Shown: one piece after another, positions 12,443 through 26,300 of the stretch | How the letters are laid out: each line of letters opens with the position of its first letter | Position numbering within the stretch: the stretch's first letter is position 1 | DNA from: Tubiluchus corallicola | Taxonomy: Eukaryota > Animalia > Priapulida | Reading direction: 5' to 3' | NCBI GenBank assembly: GCA_030141605.1 | Contig: JAQGDQ010000074.1 | Span: 62,001 to 126,000 of the forward strand | DNA length: 64,000 nt | Translations under genes and position numbers: made by a program | Notes under the pieces: generated by a model | Seen by the model: the letters and a program-made list of their open reading frames with translations, nothing else | Databases searched by the model: none | Told to the model about the DNA's origin: nothing

Positions 12443-14299
12443 CAATTAAATCAACCCTTTTTATGCCGGCAGACGATAACAAGTATAAGTGAGATAATCC
12501 AAGCGACCTAGTGTAAAAAGAATGTACAATGTTCCCCTAGAAAACTAATAGTAGAAACTTCAAATTGCATTTTTTATAACTTTAAGAAATTTCTGTATTG
12601 CAGAAACGCAGGTTTGGGATTTTCCGTATTTATCAGTCGCATTTCATCAACGCTGTCTCCTTTTGCGATTTATTTGGTACGTTTTCACAAAAATTATTGG
12701 ATTATAATAAAATTGCATAAACCACTATTATAATAATGTGAATATAATTCCTGAACGAAGTCATAAAACAAATTATTACCGACAAGTGGTAAAATGAGTT
12801 GAATATGGACAAAGTGTATTTCTATATAGTCGGACTTAAATGTAGCATTGCCAGTTTTCGCAAACGTTCAGAGCTACTGTGTTTGATATCATGTAATATA
12901 AATATGCATTTTCATTTAAAGAAATTCGTTTAATTTAAACGTTATGCATATTAGTATTTGTGCACTTTGTAGCAAACTTGAACCTGTATGCAAAACCAAC
13001 AGAAAATTGGCACTAAAGCAAAACAATGATTAAATATGCAATCAACATTCAAAAAACTCATTAAAACGAGTGTTTATGTGGCGAGTAGGGTCTATGTGCA
13101 CACAAATGAATCATGAGTACTTAGATAATGGCCCATAAATGAGTTTAAATTATTCCGGAATGTTAAGAATTAACTTACTCGCTTATTGATTTTCTGTTCA
13201 ACAATTGCTGCATTGATTTATCCCTTAGAGCCCTATTTACTGTTCTCATGTAATCATATCTTCAAAATCATACGAGGTGTCTTTGTCGTCAAAGTGCGAA
13301 TGCCATTTGCCAAATGCTACGTTTTTAGCTACTCTTTAAGATTAAATATCTTTCAAAATTAGACATGGCCATTGAAGGTGCTTTACTCATCCGTATGAGA
13401 AATCTGCCTCCCCTTTGTTTCTTTGATAGTTTTGATTGATTGACTGATAGACAGTTTTAACAAATGGAGATTGTTTTCCAGTAATATCGGAGCATGACCC
13501 AACCACTCAACCAGTTATGTTTTAATTTCCTGCTTTGTTTTTCTTTCTTGATTTTCTAGTACAATTCTTTGTTATTTATCACTTTTGGCCATTTTCTCTC
13601 CAATCATGATCTGTATAAACGTTTTCGAAAAGCATCAATCTGCAGCAGATGTTTTACTTCCACTCGAGTTCATTATTCCGAATTACACAGGAAGATGGAA
13701 ATCTTTGAAGATCCAATGTCTACAACTTAGACTAATATTTTTATTATTTAGGATATTTCTAAACTTTGAGAAGCCTGCTAGAGTCATTATCTTTCTTCTT
13801 CTGATATCTTTTTCAGTGTCCCGCGATCAGTTTTCGTGACAATGTCACTTACAAGCATTTTTCGTCACTGTGGATATTCGTTATTCGTTTTCTGTAAAGA
13901 TTTAGAGTACTTATCAACTTTATTGTGACGTCACAATGTAAGTCTAGCTAAAATTATTACATGAACGAGGCCCGGCATCACGGCGAAGGCAACCGCTTTG
14001 TAGAGTTCTCAAGCGAGTACTTCAAAAATGCGGCGGTTGTGACGGAGAATGGCTGAGCTGAGATTGACATGATCAAAACCATTACTGAATGAAATTTTGT
14101 AATTTTGCAGATTGGAGGAGATAGAGCTAAGCTATTTCTTATGTTTGGTATATGTGGACTGGTCGGCGCTAGTGTATTTTTCTGCTTACCTGAGACGGCG
14201 AACGCTCCCTTGACTGAAACTTTAGACGAGTTTCATGGTTCAAAGAAGCGGCTTAAGGATCAATGCAAAGATGAGAACGAAATGACTACGATGCTGTAG
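7152..14299 (+). CDS. SLC22-family organic cation/anion/zwitterion transporter (MFS), paralog A, 10 exons, 548 aa
   Basis: Exons 7152-7529, 8755-8985, 9199-9395, 10185-10290, 10484-10614, 10819-10953, 11750-11835, 12005-12125, 12604-12676, 14111-14299. All GT-AG; total 1647 nt in frame. Motifs: FDLVCD, LSDMFGRK, LPESPHW, LVYYGL, GLVEVPAY, FGRR, AEIYPTVVRNAG, LPETANAPL; four Cys in the first extracellular loop. Confidence 0.93.
8448..8546. repeat. Compound trinucleotide microsatellite (GGT)n(GCT)n(GAT)n
   Basis: Directly visible in intron 1 of SLC22-A. Confidence 0.95.
11200..11535. repeat. (GTT)n microsatellite with degenerate flank
   Basis: Pure GTT run at about 11427-11523 preceded by degenerate GTT/GCT; intron 6 of SLC22-A. 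Confidence 0.95.
12380..12441. repeat. (CT)n microsatellite
   Basis: Directly visible in intron 8 of SLC22-A. Confidence 0.95.
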
Positions 14300-14940
14300 C
14301 ACATGGACTAATTACCTAGCTTTGAAATGGAATAAAATCTAAGAAAACCTAAGTGTCATTTGGGAAGAAAAATATTTTTTGCACCTCACACTCTACTAAC
14401 TTTAACATTTGATAGCGTTAAAATTATTTACACGGTTTCTCATTTGCACAAGTTCTATGACGGTAAGTCTGTTAGTTCTGAGCATATATGCTGACTATGG
14501 AAAAGTAAAAAAACGTGCCAGAAATTTCAAGGGTATGTGTCACATTGTATAACAAGTTATATTTACACCTGAGTTCCTCAGGTGGCTTTAAGCTTCAGTT
14601 TGCAAGTTCAGGCATTATATTGAGATTGTTGAAATAAAAAAGCAAAATATCGTCATGGAAAAACAAAATTTTTTACTTTGTTGCCTCTACGTTGTTTGCA
14701 ATTATTGTTGTGCCCAATTAACTTTGCTTACTTGATGCAGCCTGGCTGATAAGTTGGCATGAATTTCTGTTAAAGCCAGTTAGAAGCCCTGAAACACATT
14801 AATTTAATTATAACAAAAATGTTGTGACTAACCATTATAATCCGCAGTAATTTATCCAGGCCTGTTGTTCTTGCCAATTAGAGCAAAACATTCTCTTTTA
14901 ATGTACATATATAATCGTTAAACTATTTTAGACTAACTTA

Positions 14941-15848
14941 CAGGGCCGGCTCTAGATAGTTTGTCGCCCTAAGCAAAAGTATTTTTAGCCCCCCTCCTCA
15001 ATGGTCAGCCCTTCCCCCATGGTCAACACCACGCCTTGAATTTTTCTTGTACGACATTATAATAAAGTATAACGGTACATGTATTAATTAAGTGTAGCCA
15101 AGTACCTATCTGCAGCTTGTGTTGATTGAATATGAAATCGTACGTCCCATTGTACGCCATGGGTCTTTAGGGGCAATCACATTTCTGCAATTTCTGCTAC
15201 TTTTGGCTAAATTTTCTCTCAGCCTTTTCATCAGAAAGTTTTTGAAATTTAAACGCCTTTTCTCACGTATAGGTTAATTTCACTAGCTTCATCACCTTCG
15301 CAACTATAGCTCCGGTCTGGTTGCAAATACTTCATTAGAGATTCTTTTTGCTGTTCAAAATCGTCATACACCAGCTTTTTGCCTTTCGTTTCCTGGTTTC
15401 CGCTTCTAAAAACTTCGAGGTCTACGGGTTCTTATAGGTCGACCTGTCACACTTAGGTAAATGTTGTTGTAAGAAACTTTTTTTACTAATGGAAGGATCA
15501 TAACTGTAAGCACTTAATTAGCTCTATTGCTCTATGAATGCAGTAGAAACTGCGGGTAAAGCTGGAAAGCAGTGTCTGGGTGAATCTTATCTTAGGAAAC
15601 CAGATAAAAAGCAAAAGCACAACGTGTTTAGTTGCGAGAAAACACTTTCTAGCGTAGGTGAATCACACATTTTGATAGGAAAATAACGAAAGTAGTTCGT
15701 TTCCTCTAATTAAAGAGCTGTGTACTTGAGCAATTACACACATATTGTGTTATTACGGTACATATGGTTAACTAAAAATTAAAGAATTGCTTTCAAAATT
15801 TGGCACTCTACCAACTACCTATATTGCCTATTAGCAGACCCGGCCCTG
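14941..15848. mobile_element. Non-autonomous hAT-superfamily DNA transposon (MITE), 908 bp
   Basis: TIRs CAGGGCCGGCTCT ... AGACCCGGCCCTG (12/13 match). Perfect 8-bp TSD CTAACTTA at 14933-14940 and 15849-15856. Confidence 0.92.
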
Positions 15849-16879
15849 CTAACTTATGTGGTATTATGTGTGTGCTTTAAATTACCATACCTGGTGCAAT
15901 AAAATTGAAATAAAAATAAATAATGAAAACGTTGCGCAGGATTGCTTGACTTCTTGAATTTTTTTCGTAAAAAGTTGCCAAAATGAAGAGTAGGTGACCT
16001 TTAGACTTATCTGTGTGTATGTGTGTGTGTGGGGGGGGGGGGCGTTCGGACATCTTGCGTTACACTTTTAAGGCTTTCGAGAGAACTGTGTAGTACTGTA
16101 CTTATCCGGGGAGCGTTACCATGGCGCACTTGACTTTGGCTTTGACCTTAAAGGTTAGTAAGGCCTCGTGTTTAACACTTTTTTGTCCAAAGCCTTTCTT
16201 TTATGTATCCAAAGTTACTGAGGGCAAGTCGAAACTAATCAAAGTTAGCACATCTAGTACTTAGATCTGAAGTTTGAGGTTGAGGATAGAGGCTTGACGT
16301 TTGGGGACTTTTTCACAGCTGACCCTTTTCACTGACAACCAAAAAAATCTGAACATATGTAAGCATGTCATCTATGTTAGTAAATGCAATGTATTTTGCA
16401 GGAACTTAGTGAGAGTTTGCATTTGTGGTTTAGAATGTTGTGGTTCAAAATAAGTTAAATCGTTTCGACCATAAAGGTCTTGGTATAAAAATTTATGTGC
16501 TTCTAAAGGACCGTAACATGGACTTTTTGTGCTCAAAACGATTTAAATCTGGAAATCACGCTCAAACAGTCATATGCTTTAGACATGTTTTATCTTTATG
16601 AATCTCGTGTCAATGTATTATTCTGTCACATGCATTATTCTGTCACATGCGCCTGACATATGAGGTAATATGCCTTACATTACTGTCGCCAACATACGGA
16701 AAAGAGCAGTTGAACATATTGGTGTGATTTTTCAATCACACCTAGTCTCGGCGCCTCTTTCCAATCAGAAGATTGTGCCTCCCCGAGGAAATTCTTTTTC
16801 GATCCAATCCACTGTTGATAGCACTTTTAGTAGCAGCAACGAGGAAGAAGGGTTACTACACGTACAAGGCTTAAGTCAA

Positions 16880-17120
16880 GCGTCTTGGGAGAAAGTCTAA
16901 CAAACCGTGTGCGTTAATGCTTACTATCGAGAAATTCGAGAGCAAAAAAATAATCTCAGATGCAATGACGATTTTGGAAAGATTTTTATAAAGAAAGACA
17001 TACGCCCAGTTGTCCGAGAGGAACCGTTCAGATTTCATAGTGAAAGGAGAATCGAGAAAGAGAAGTTCGATAACATTGGAAAGAACATAAAAATTAAAGA
17101 GGGCAAGCTTGTGTTGGCAC
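16880..17120 (+). mobile_element. Degraded ORF1-like fragment of a CR1/L2-group LINE
   Basis: KNNLRCNDDFGKIFIKKDIRPVVREE...KEKFDNIGKNIKIKEGKL resembles the C-terminal 'IFIKKDxxPxxRxE' segment of non-LTR ORF1 proteins (recalled, not searched). Confidence 0.45.
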
Positions 17121-17339
17121 CATTGTTATTGATAAATTTCCGCCAGCTTATTCTCGTTTTTGGTATAGCTTGTTAATGCTCGCCTACGAGATTGTACGTC
17201 GTCGTCAACTCAAGTCCAGAGAAGATAAAGTGTCCAACGTGTCAGGTAAAATTCTTTGAGACAGATGCCACTACAGATGAATAAAATGGCTGTAAACGGT
17301 CATACTTTTAAAACTGATTTAAGACTTTCAAACGAAAAA

Positions 17340-18680
17340 ATGATTTTATTTCAGAAATTGCTCATGTGATTTGTCACAAATGTTAATGCAGTCAGTCGGA
17401 TAATAGTTCGGTTTATGTGCAGCTGAGCTGTAGTGCGATTAGCAAGGTATGGCTTCGGGACTTGAATTTGTACATTTCCTGTCACGTGTATGAAACCAAA
17501 TCCGCCGTGTATGGTTAAACCGCTATGGTGACATTGACACTGAGAGATTTCTTCTGCATTTGGATAAGATAAGAAAAGATATTTAGTCAGGATAAACTTG
17601 ATTGAGAAAAGTTTGTTTACAATAAAGTTCTGACTGGTGATTTCAGGTTTTAAAATTAAGAAAAATAAATAAGCTATATGTAAGTACACAAACATAAAAT
17701 TTAAAAACATGCACAAAAATAGTCAAACACTGTGTAATTTAATACATAAAGTAATTGAGCAGCAACACAAAAAAGCTAAGATTACAATCACAAAAAGAAC
17801 TTGAAATATAAACTAAGCAAAAAAGCTTTGACATGTTAAAAAGCGAGAAATAAAAATATAAGCAATTGATAAATAATATCGAATAATAATCGCAGCTAAT
17901 AAAAAGCAGAAGTGTAAAAGCAAATTAAAATAATAATAAAACATTTACATTAAAAATCCAAAAATTAAAAAAAGAAAAGAAGTACTAAGACAATTGCAAT
18001 TGTAAAAAATTACTAATAAAAAGAAAAAAGCAAAAAGCTTAGACACGTTAGGAAAAAACGAAATTACAAGCAAATAAAAAAGTGTCGCGTATAACAGAGC
18101 TAAAGTAAATTAAAAAACAAGATTAAAGCAAATTCAGCAATAATAAAAAAAATTAGCACTGAAAATCAAAATTCGCAAACAACAATCAGGATAATACAAA
18201 AAACATCTGAATAGATTTGAAAACGTCAAAACTTATATTAAGTTCTGAAGACCAAATTAAGAAACACAATACAATTAATTAAAATAATTCTCTTGACAAA
18301 AAGCTTCAAGGAGGCCTTTAAACAAGCGAATATTGCTACCGATTCCTAATTCACTTGGCAAAGAATTCCACACTTTAGCCCATCTGTATTTTAGAGATTT
18401 TTGTTCGGCTTATGTTCGATATAAAGGTATTTGTAGTTCATTTCTTGTAGCTGACCTAGTTCGATATTGATGCGAATATTCAAAAAGTGTTTAAAGGATT
18501 TTGGTAATTTTTAAGTACTTTGTACATACGACATGCTATAAACATTTGCCAGTTTAACCAGTTGTAATCAGTTTAATGCTCTGTGCTCTGGGTCAAATTG
18601 TAAAATAATTCGTGCAACCTTATAACGCCTGATTTGTAATTTGCTCTGCAATGTGGGATGACAATACTATAACTATGAAA
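17340..18680 (-). mobile_element. 3' fragment of a CR1/L2/Crack-group LINE (ORF2 C-terminus plus T-rich 3' UTR)
   Basis: Minus-strand translation near 18300-18480: YRTRSATRNELQIPLYR*..AEQKSLKYRWAKVWNSLPSEL..NIRLFK, the typical 'Y.G.K.WN.LP' ORF2 tail. Ends ...CTGAAATAAAATCA. Confidence 0.7.
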
Positions 18681-19348
18681 CCCGGTTGTGCAAATGTAAG
18701 CGATTGTATTACTCGGTTGTCGAATAACATCTTATAGAGCAGCGAAGAGGGCAAAATCCCCGCATTTCCGAAATATCGGTATGGTATAACCAAGTTAGTT
18801 GGTGGCGCCAGCTTTTAGCTGCTAATGACCCTAAACGTTTGAGGTTCGTTGTTTGTTATAGGCTGGAACGGTAGCTTTACACAGCAGCCAAATGTGTCAG
18901 CCTAATCAGTCGTGACGATCCATGAGCACTTCAAAAGACCTAAACTGTTTTACTGCTTTACGTAGCGACGTTAGCATGCGGGAGTTACTTTTCACCCGAT
19001 TTTGGGCGCCCGGGTAAGGAACGAAGAATATAGAAAGAATATAGCGAAGCAAGTCCAACAAAGGTGCAGGTTGACCTTGTAACAACCATGTCTATTGGAT
19101 TCTATGCGGCATCTACCCAGAAGTATGTTTGTGATAGTGGAATTTGCCGTTTCGCAGCCCTCTTTCGATTGTTACATTTTTAATCCGGTTTGTTAGACCA
19201 GTCGTGTACTATATTACTGTACTGAACACCAATGGAAACGCATCATTAATTAAAATTTCATTTTTATCTGCGTCAAAGCGTCGTTACCACATTTCTAATA
19301 AAATTGTTTCCATTATAGATATCTATCTGCATAAACTGGCTTATAACT

Positions 19349-19740
19349 GACTGATTCATTGATTGATTTTATTTACAAACATTACTTTGCATATTCCAAG
19401 AGCCAATAATACAGGGGCGGTTTATCTTATACAAAATTACATCTTATACATTACGTGTACGTAATATGTTATACATCATACAATTTATAAATAGAATAGG
19501 AATAATTTTAAATAAGACATAGCCTAACGACAAATTATGATCAGCAAATAGTTGTTGGCTCAGATCAGAAGGTAAATTTTTAAGATCTGAGTAGATCACT
19601 TTAAAATTATAACAAATTCACTAACTAGTTCAAACTATATATCTAGTTCAGCTAATTCAGCTAGTTTAATAACTAGTTCAGCATCTATATTATTTGGAAT
19701 AGCCGGTGGATGAGTTGCACGGATAACTGCACAATTACGC
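19349..19740 (-). mobile_element. Possible second LINE 3' tail
   Basis: Minus strand ends AAATAAAATCAATCAATGAATCAGTCAG (polyA signal followed by a tandem tail). No clear protein signal. Confidence 0.3.
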
Positions 19741-20308
19741 CTAATTTATATTAAGATTACAGAACCGCAGAACTTATTGTACATGAAGTGTCCTCAAACT
19801 TTCCATGTGGCTGGTTAAACAAGAGAGACAGCAAAATATCGAGTCTAAAAAATTTCTACATGCGCTTCCCAGCAGCTTCTGGACAACGGGCAGCAGAAAT
19901 ATAGTTACTCAAATTTCGGCGCATATGCAGTAAAAGCAGCGTACTCGAACGTATGCACAGGAATAAACATACATACGTGCTTGCTCTCGCAAATGAACGA
20001 GCATTAAACTTTGCTCGTATAAATAGTAACCCATGATGCGTGTAGCTAAGCTACCTTGCATGAAGCTCGAACACTTGAACTCTAGGCACTGAGAATTTCA
20101 ATGGGTGAAAGGCAGCTACAGACGATCTAGCTTTGTTTGTTCGATGTTCTCATAAAAATGATGACAACTAATTTCGACGATGTTCGTATGACAAGTTTTA
20201 GCAGGATATGACCAGAAACTTTATTTTCTGGTTGTGTATGTCTAGTTATGAAAAACTGGCTGTTACAGAATATTCAACGTGTTAGTATCAGTAAAAGTGA
20301 AAGATAAA

Positions 20309-23300
20309 ATGTTGGTGGACGACATATTAACAGAAATTGGAGTGGGAAAAACGCAAGTTATAGTTTTCCTATCTCTCTGTTTGCCCATCATCTCTTCTTC
20401 TTGGCACATTTTTGCGACAAACTTTATTGGAGATGTGCCAGAGTTCTTTTGCAAGAAGTGGAATACCATCGGGGAAGATTATCACAAAAACTCGTCCAAT
20501 CAGGATTCGTACTCAAACGTTTCAGTTTCTGTTTTGAATAATGTTTCATTAAACGTTTATGAATTATTGAACATTAGTGCAGAGTTTGTGCAAAGACTGC
20601 CGGTCTCGAAGCTAGAAGATCAATGTGAACTCACCTTGAATGATACGGCACTTACTTGCTCTGCATGGACTTACTTGAACGATGAGATTCAATTCGTTTC
20701 ACAAGTAAGCATTTGCAAGCCCTAGCGCGTTTATACTTTTAAACTATAGCGTGTAAAAAAAGTGTTAGAAAAACATTTCTTTGAGAAAAACAAAAGAGAA
20801 AAGTGTTACTACAAATTCCGAATTTTTTGCTGGAAGAGTTGTCTTAAAAATTTCACAGATTTGTAGGGACCAATAATTTTAGTTTTAATGTATGGCAGCA
20901 AATGAGAGATACAGGTGGTCATTTTATGTGGACAATGAGTTCTTTGTTGATAAATCGATGCATTAGTTATTACTCCAAAACTGGGGCAGTAACTTATAAG
21001 GACTTTCTAAACATATCTTGTAGGTTGATCAGTAAAATCAATCTGCTAAATCTGGCTTAGCCGTTCCACATGTCTATTAATTTACTACTGATTTCTAATT
21101 ATTAAACTAGCAATCATTTTCCGCAGACCCCGTAGACATAATAACGTTAGTTAGTGTTATATATGCCACATTTCTGGTGGAAAAATTATAGCCATTACTT
21201 TTCCAAGATATCAATTACAAAAGTATGTACATCCTGCTGAGCGACTTATCGATTCCTGATTTGCCCAGAGGCATTTCAAGCAGATTTTATTTTTTACCGA
21301 GTACTATAAAATAATAAAAATTGCTGTTTATTACGTTGTTTTACTATCCACGTAATAAATAGTTGTTGTTGAAACAGAGTTTTTGCCATCTATATAGTTT
21401 TCGATGACGCCTGGAGCAATTTTTCAGAGATTTAATAATCCTTTTATTGTTGCCCTTATAAAAAGACAGCTGCTTAAATGAAGGTGTGCCCTACATAGGC
21501 TTTTCTGAACACGAAAGTATTTTATACATAAACGGTTATCAAGAATATGGGCAATAAAAAGATCGACCGACGGTAAAAAAGCAAACTCTTTATTTTCCAT
21601 TTATCAAGACTGGTCTATTTGTATATGAAAATCGCTCTTAAAATTTTATTACGATATTTTTGTAGTGGGATCTCGTTTGTGATCGGAATGTATTGGTTCA
21701 CCTCTCAGCCACAATGTTCATGTCTGGTACTATGTGTGGCGTGCTGCTATGTCCAATCCTTTCCGATGCATTTGGTAGACGACCTGCCAACTTGGTCAGC
21801 TCCTGGTTGTTCTTAATTCTTGGACTGACTAGTACGCTAGCGTCAAACTACACCGTGTACGTTGTTTTACGCTTCTGTACTGGCTTTTTCAAAGCTGTAA
21901 GTCTTCTACTCGTTTTCTTTTTTAGTAATAGTGTAACCAAAATTTAAATAAAAACGTACTATGCAATATAAAACATGTATTTTAAGTGCGCGTACACATT
22001 TGTGCGGTTCGTGCTATTGTAAGACTGTGGCAGGCGCATGTGCGACGGTTATTATTCATGCAGCATCGTATGTCCTGCCTAAGTTAAAAATTTCTGTTAA
22101 CTCGAATATAAGTAGGTATATTATTGTCTAAAGCCGCATTCGGTTCGTCTTAAAACAGGGCATGCGATGAACCATTGCGTAAATGTTTTAGTTCTCACTT
22201 GACCAAACAGTCGTATGAATGACCTCTATTGACTGCAAAGCAGTGCAAGCATATGCTGAATGCTGAATATGTGATCAATTTCTCGAGTTTGTATTGTCGA
22301 AATTTTTTATGCCTGGACTTCACGTGCATCAAAAGAATTTCCCATAATCATTACCCTCATCAGAATCACAAAATCACGAACTTTTCAAAACTCTGACTCT
22401 AGTGTGTAGTTCGATGGGTGAGCACTAGAAAATTGGTCAGTTGCCGCTTTTTTAATATTCTTAAATCATGCTACACCCAGGAGGGGCCTTTCAAAGAATT
22501 ATTCGCCTTTTTCGGAACTCGAATTGCCTCTATTAGATGAGCAACTTTATTCTTTGTTTTTGGTATACAACCTAGCTAGGATCCCAACCAGTTACTTCAC
22601 GATTGTATTTGATATAGAAATTGGTCTAAATAAGGCCAATGGCCACTTTATAGTATAAGGGACTATGACGAAACGAATTCACAATGCCAAAAATCAGAAT
22701 AGAGAATTTTCAAGTTTATAATGTTTGCATTTAATAATAAAGCATAAAGAGCTATTACACAAATTGCGTTTTTATAACACTTCATAGTTCTCAGACGTTC
22801 AAGTCATACATTAATTTTTAATATAACAGCCTTTTTCCGGTACCTCGGTTAGTATTCGCTACATTGTATCACCGTGCATAATTTCGGGTTATTATGCTTA
22901 TTTTATTGGATCAAGTATATTTAGGTTTATGTACGTCTTTAATAACTTTAGCTTTTTCACAGTTATATTCATGCAGGCGTGTTACAACTGATATATGATA
23001 ATGTAATATCAAAAAATTAACGCATAGGCGGTTAATAAGTTATACTAATTCTGCGCGACTGCAAAGTTTATAAGAGAAAATATTATGATGAAGCTCAAGG
23101 TTTACTGAAGGGGAAAATAAAAGTTGTAAAGTTTTGTAAGGTTGCAAAACAGAAATCTCTGTAAATGTTTTGAAAATTTATAGACATATTATGTATTGCT
23201 GAGCTATTCATGTGAATCACAGTATGTTGCAGGCAATGTTTTATTCCGGATATACGCTAACGTGCGAATGGTTTCCACCGAATCGGCGTTCGATACCTGG

Positions 23301-26300
23301 TTGTGCGAATATGCTATTTTGGGCGGCAGGGGTAATGAGTCTTCCTGGTTTGATGTATTTAGTGCCACATTGGAGAGTAGCCATGATAGCAATGACAGCA
23401 CCTCTGACAGTCACTATCTTCTATCCGCTGTACGTGTTTGAAATAAAAACAAGATTTAAACGGCAGTTATTTGGTTTTACGGAGAGCGATGACAGCTAGG
23501 GGAGTTCTAACTAATCTATTTATCATTTATTTTGCATTTTATAAGGTGAATTATAATAAAAAGGCCATAGGCTCCCAACATAGTTGCAAAAAAATAAAGA
23601 TGGCTTAAATTGAACCTAATGTATGCTGCTCAATTACACTTTAGATATATTTTGTATGTTTATAATAAAGTGATTTGTGTTCTGGGTAAACTTTATTTAT
23701 ATGTGTAAGTTTATGTATATTCATGATAATTTATATCGGCTTTATCTTATTTTATTTTAGTGACAGTCAATATAACATAAAGTTACTAGCGTTTAATGAT
23801 CAGATATTTGGATCGCGAGGTCAGTTAAAAGGCAGTGGTCATTTGCCAAAATTGTACACAACAGCAAAGAGAGATGCTGAAGTATTTTGTACTGCCAGGA
23901 TGTGAGCCTGAATCCATAGTTATGTTTTATGTGCTGACAATAGAGCAGTTATTGGCCTATTAAATTTTTAAGGAAGGTTAGACGATGATCCACTTTTTTT
24001 CAGATTTCTTCCCGAATCGTTGCATTGGTACTATGCTCAGGGTCACTTTGATAAAGCTGAGCAAGTGTTAAAGAAAGTTTCCAAATGGAACAATGTTTCT
24101 TTATCTCAGGTAAAGAATGCTTTTTCAGGTATTATAGGGTATGCAGGGTATATGAGCTATTCATATATTTTATGTATTATATGTGCAAACTTGCCCTAAC
24201 ATAAAAAATATTTAGCGATTTTTTTGTCAGTGACTACTTTTATCAGGTAATTAATGGGGAGAGTTGTTGTTGTTTTCACAGTAAAAATAGGCACCATTCA
24301 AAATTAACAGTAGTAAGTTTATTTTACTCAATGGCAAAAGCTATGCTAAGAAAATAGTCAGAAATTATTTAAATTCTAGACATTTGCTGGTTATAAAAGT
24401 CACTTCTTCCTGTTTCCATTTCAACTTGATCGATGGTCGGCAAACCCACCAGCTTTTACCTTGATCTTAATTGACGTTACCTTAATAGTGGGATGATGAA
24501 AATCTGTCTTATTTTTATCACAGGCCATGCTTGACGACGTCAGAAGAAGAAGCAAAAAAATAAAGGAAGCAGCAAAAGGAAGAAAAAGGCCAAATATGTT
24601 AGATGTGGCACGAATGCCAACTCTAAGAGTGTATGCAGGAATTCTCTGTGTGGCTTGGTCAGTAAATGGGCTTGTTCGCTTAATTATCTTTTTCCCAACC
24701 TAGGATTCTTATAATTTATTATGTTTTATTGCCTACTATAATTAAATGTTAAAACACGATATTGTAAAGTCATTAGGTTATTCTCTTTTAAGTATAAGTG
24801 AACAAACTGTAACTAAAATGTAGACAATTTGACAAATCTATTTATCTGCATTATTGTGAGCCCCACTTTAGTCTTGTTTAAAACATGTATGTACATTTCA
24901 GCATAAGTAGCGAAATTAGTTTAAATTGCATACAGTATACTGGGATGAAGGGTGTACAAGTTATAGTGACTGTTTGTTCTAAACACTTTTCAGTACCTAG
25001 CGAGTGTTGTTTGTCTCCAATAGCAAGTTCGATCTGAATAAATTAGTCGAGCGACTGACTGAACTCAAGGTGGTGGTACAAAAGTGATCCGAAAAAATGT
25101 CATTGCGGCCAGGTTGACTTCAAGATGACAAATCAAGGCTTTTTTTCGAAATTGATGTTATTGCTGCCATTTTAAATTTAACATGGAAATCAAAAATCCG
25201 ATTCCGCCAGTCGATGTGGAATTTGTTTTAATATGTTTTAACAAACAAACAACCAAGCAAACTTACAGACATATAGGCAAACAAACAAGCAACTTGACTG
25301 GTTATGAAGTAGCCAAACAATTTAAACAAGTTTTTAAATCTAAACTACATTTAGAAGAAAATTACGTTTTGCATTTAATGAGACAGTACTGGTTCCTAAT
25401 TTTGGGATTGCAAAACTGGGTGTCCCTAGGATGCAAACTGACAAACTTAACAGGCATATTTAATTGTAACAGGAATTAGTCTTTTAAGGACATAAAAACA
25501 ACTTTGGATACCCCGTATATGTACAGTTACATTTGGCCAACAGTAAGTTAAAATCTGTAGCTCCCTTTATTTTTCAAACCTGTTTCAAATACTAACCTGA
25601 TCTGGTGGTAACATAGTTGCTTCATTTTTGTTGCACTTCTCTAGTCCGGTGTTTTCCATTCACAGGAATTCAATCCTTGGACTGGAAGTGGTCACGTATA
25701 CCACACAGACAAAATTACTATAGTAGTGTGGAGAACCACAACCACCGAAACTTTGTCCACCGTGTTAACTGTAAAGAATCACTCTTGTAGATAAAAATTT
25801 TGGTATTTTTGAGATTTTCGTTTGTCATGCACATAAATTTCAACAGTTTATGAATACTGTGACATGTATGTACGTAATACGTACGTATGTATGTATGTAA
25901 GCTATATTACACTGCTAATTGCATCCAGTTTTCATTAAGTTCTTTTTTGACAGGTTTATGTCATCTTTGGTATATTATGGACTAACTTTAAGTACTTCCG
26001 TTTTGGTGGGGAATAAATACTGGAACTGTTTCCTGTCAGGGCTCGTAGAAATACCTGCTTATCTTGCTAATGTGTATTTACTAGAAAGGTATATTTTTAA
26101 GTTATTGTTATAATGTTAATTAAAGTTTAGCAGTGTATTAAACCATGAGTACAAGTAGCTTAAAATAATATAAAGTCTTTAAGTCAAATAAATTTAATGA
26201 GTTTTACAAATTTATCTATACTGCAGTTCAGCCTGTACTTGAAATGACCGCAGTAAGACGAGAGTTAAATTATTCAGTTTGACTAACTTAATAATAAAAT

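Noticed and set aside
16617-16650. 17-bp perfect tandem duplication ATTATTCTGTCACATGC
   Set aside because: Simple local slippage with no supporting structure.
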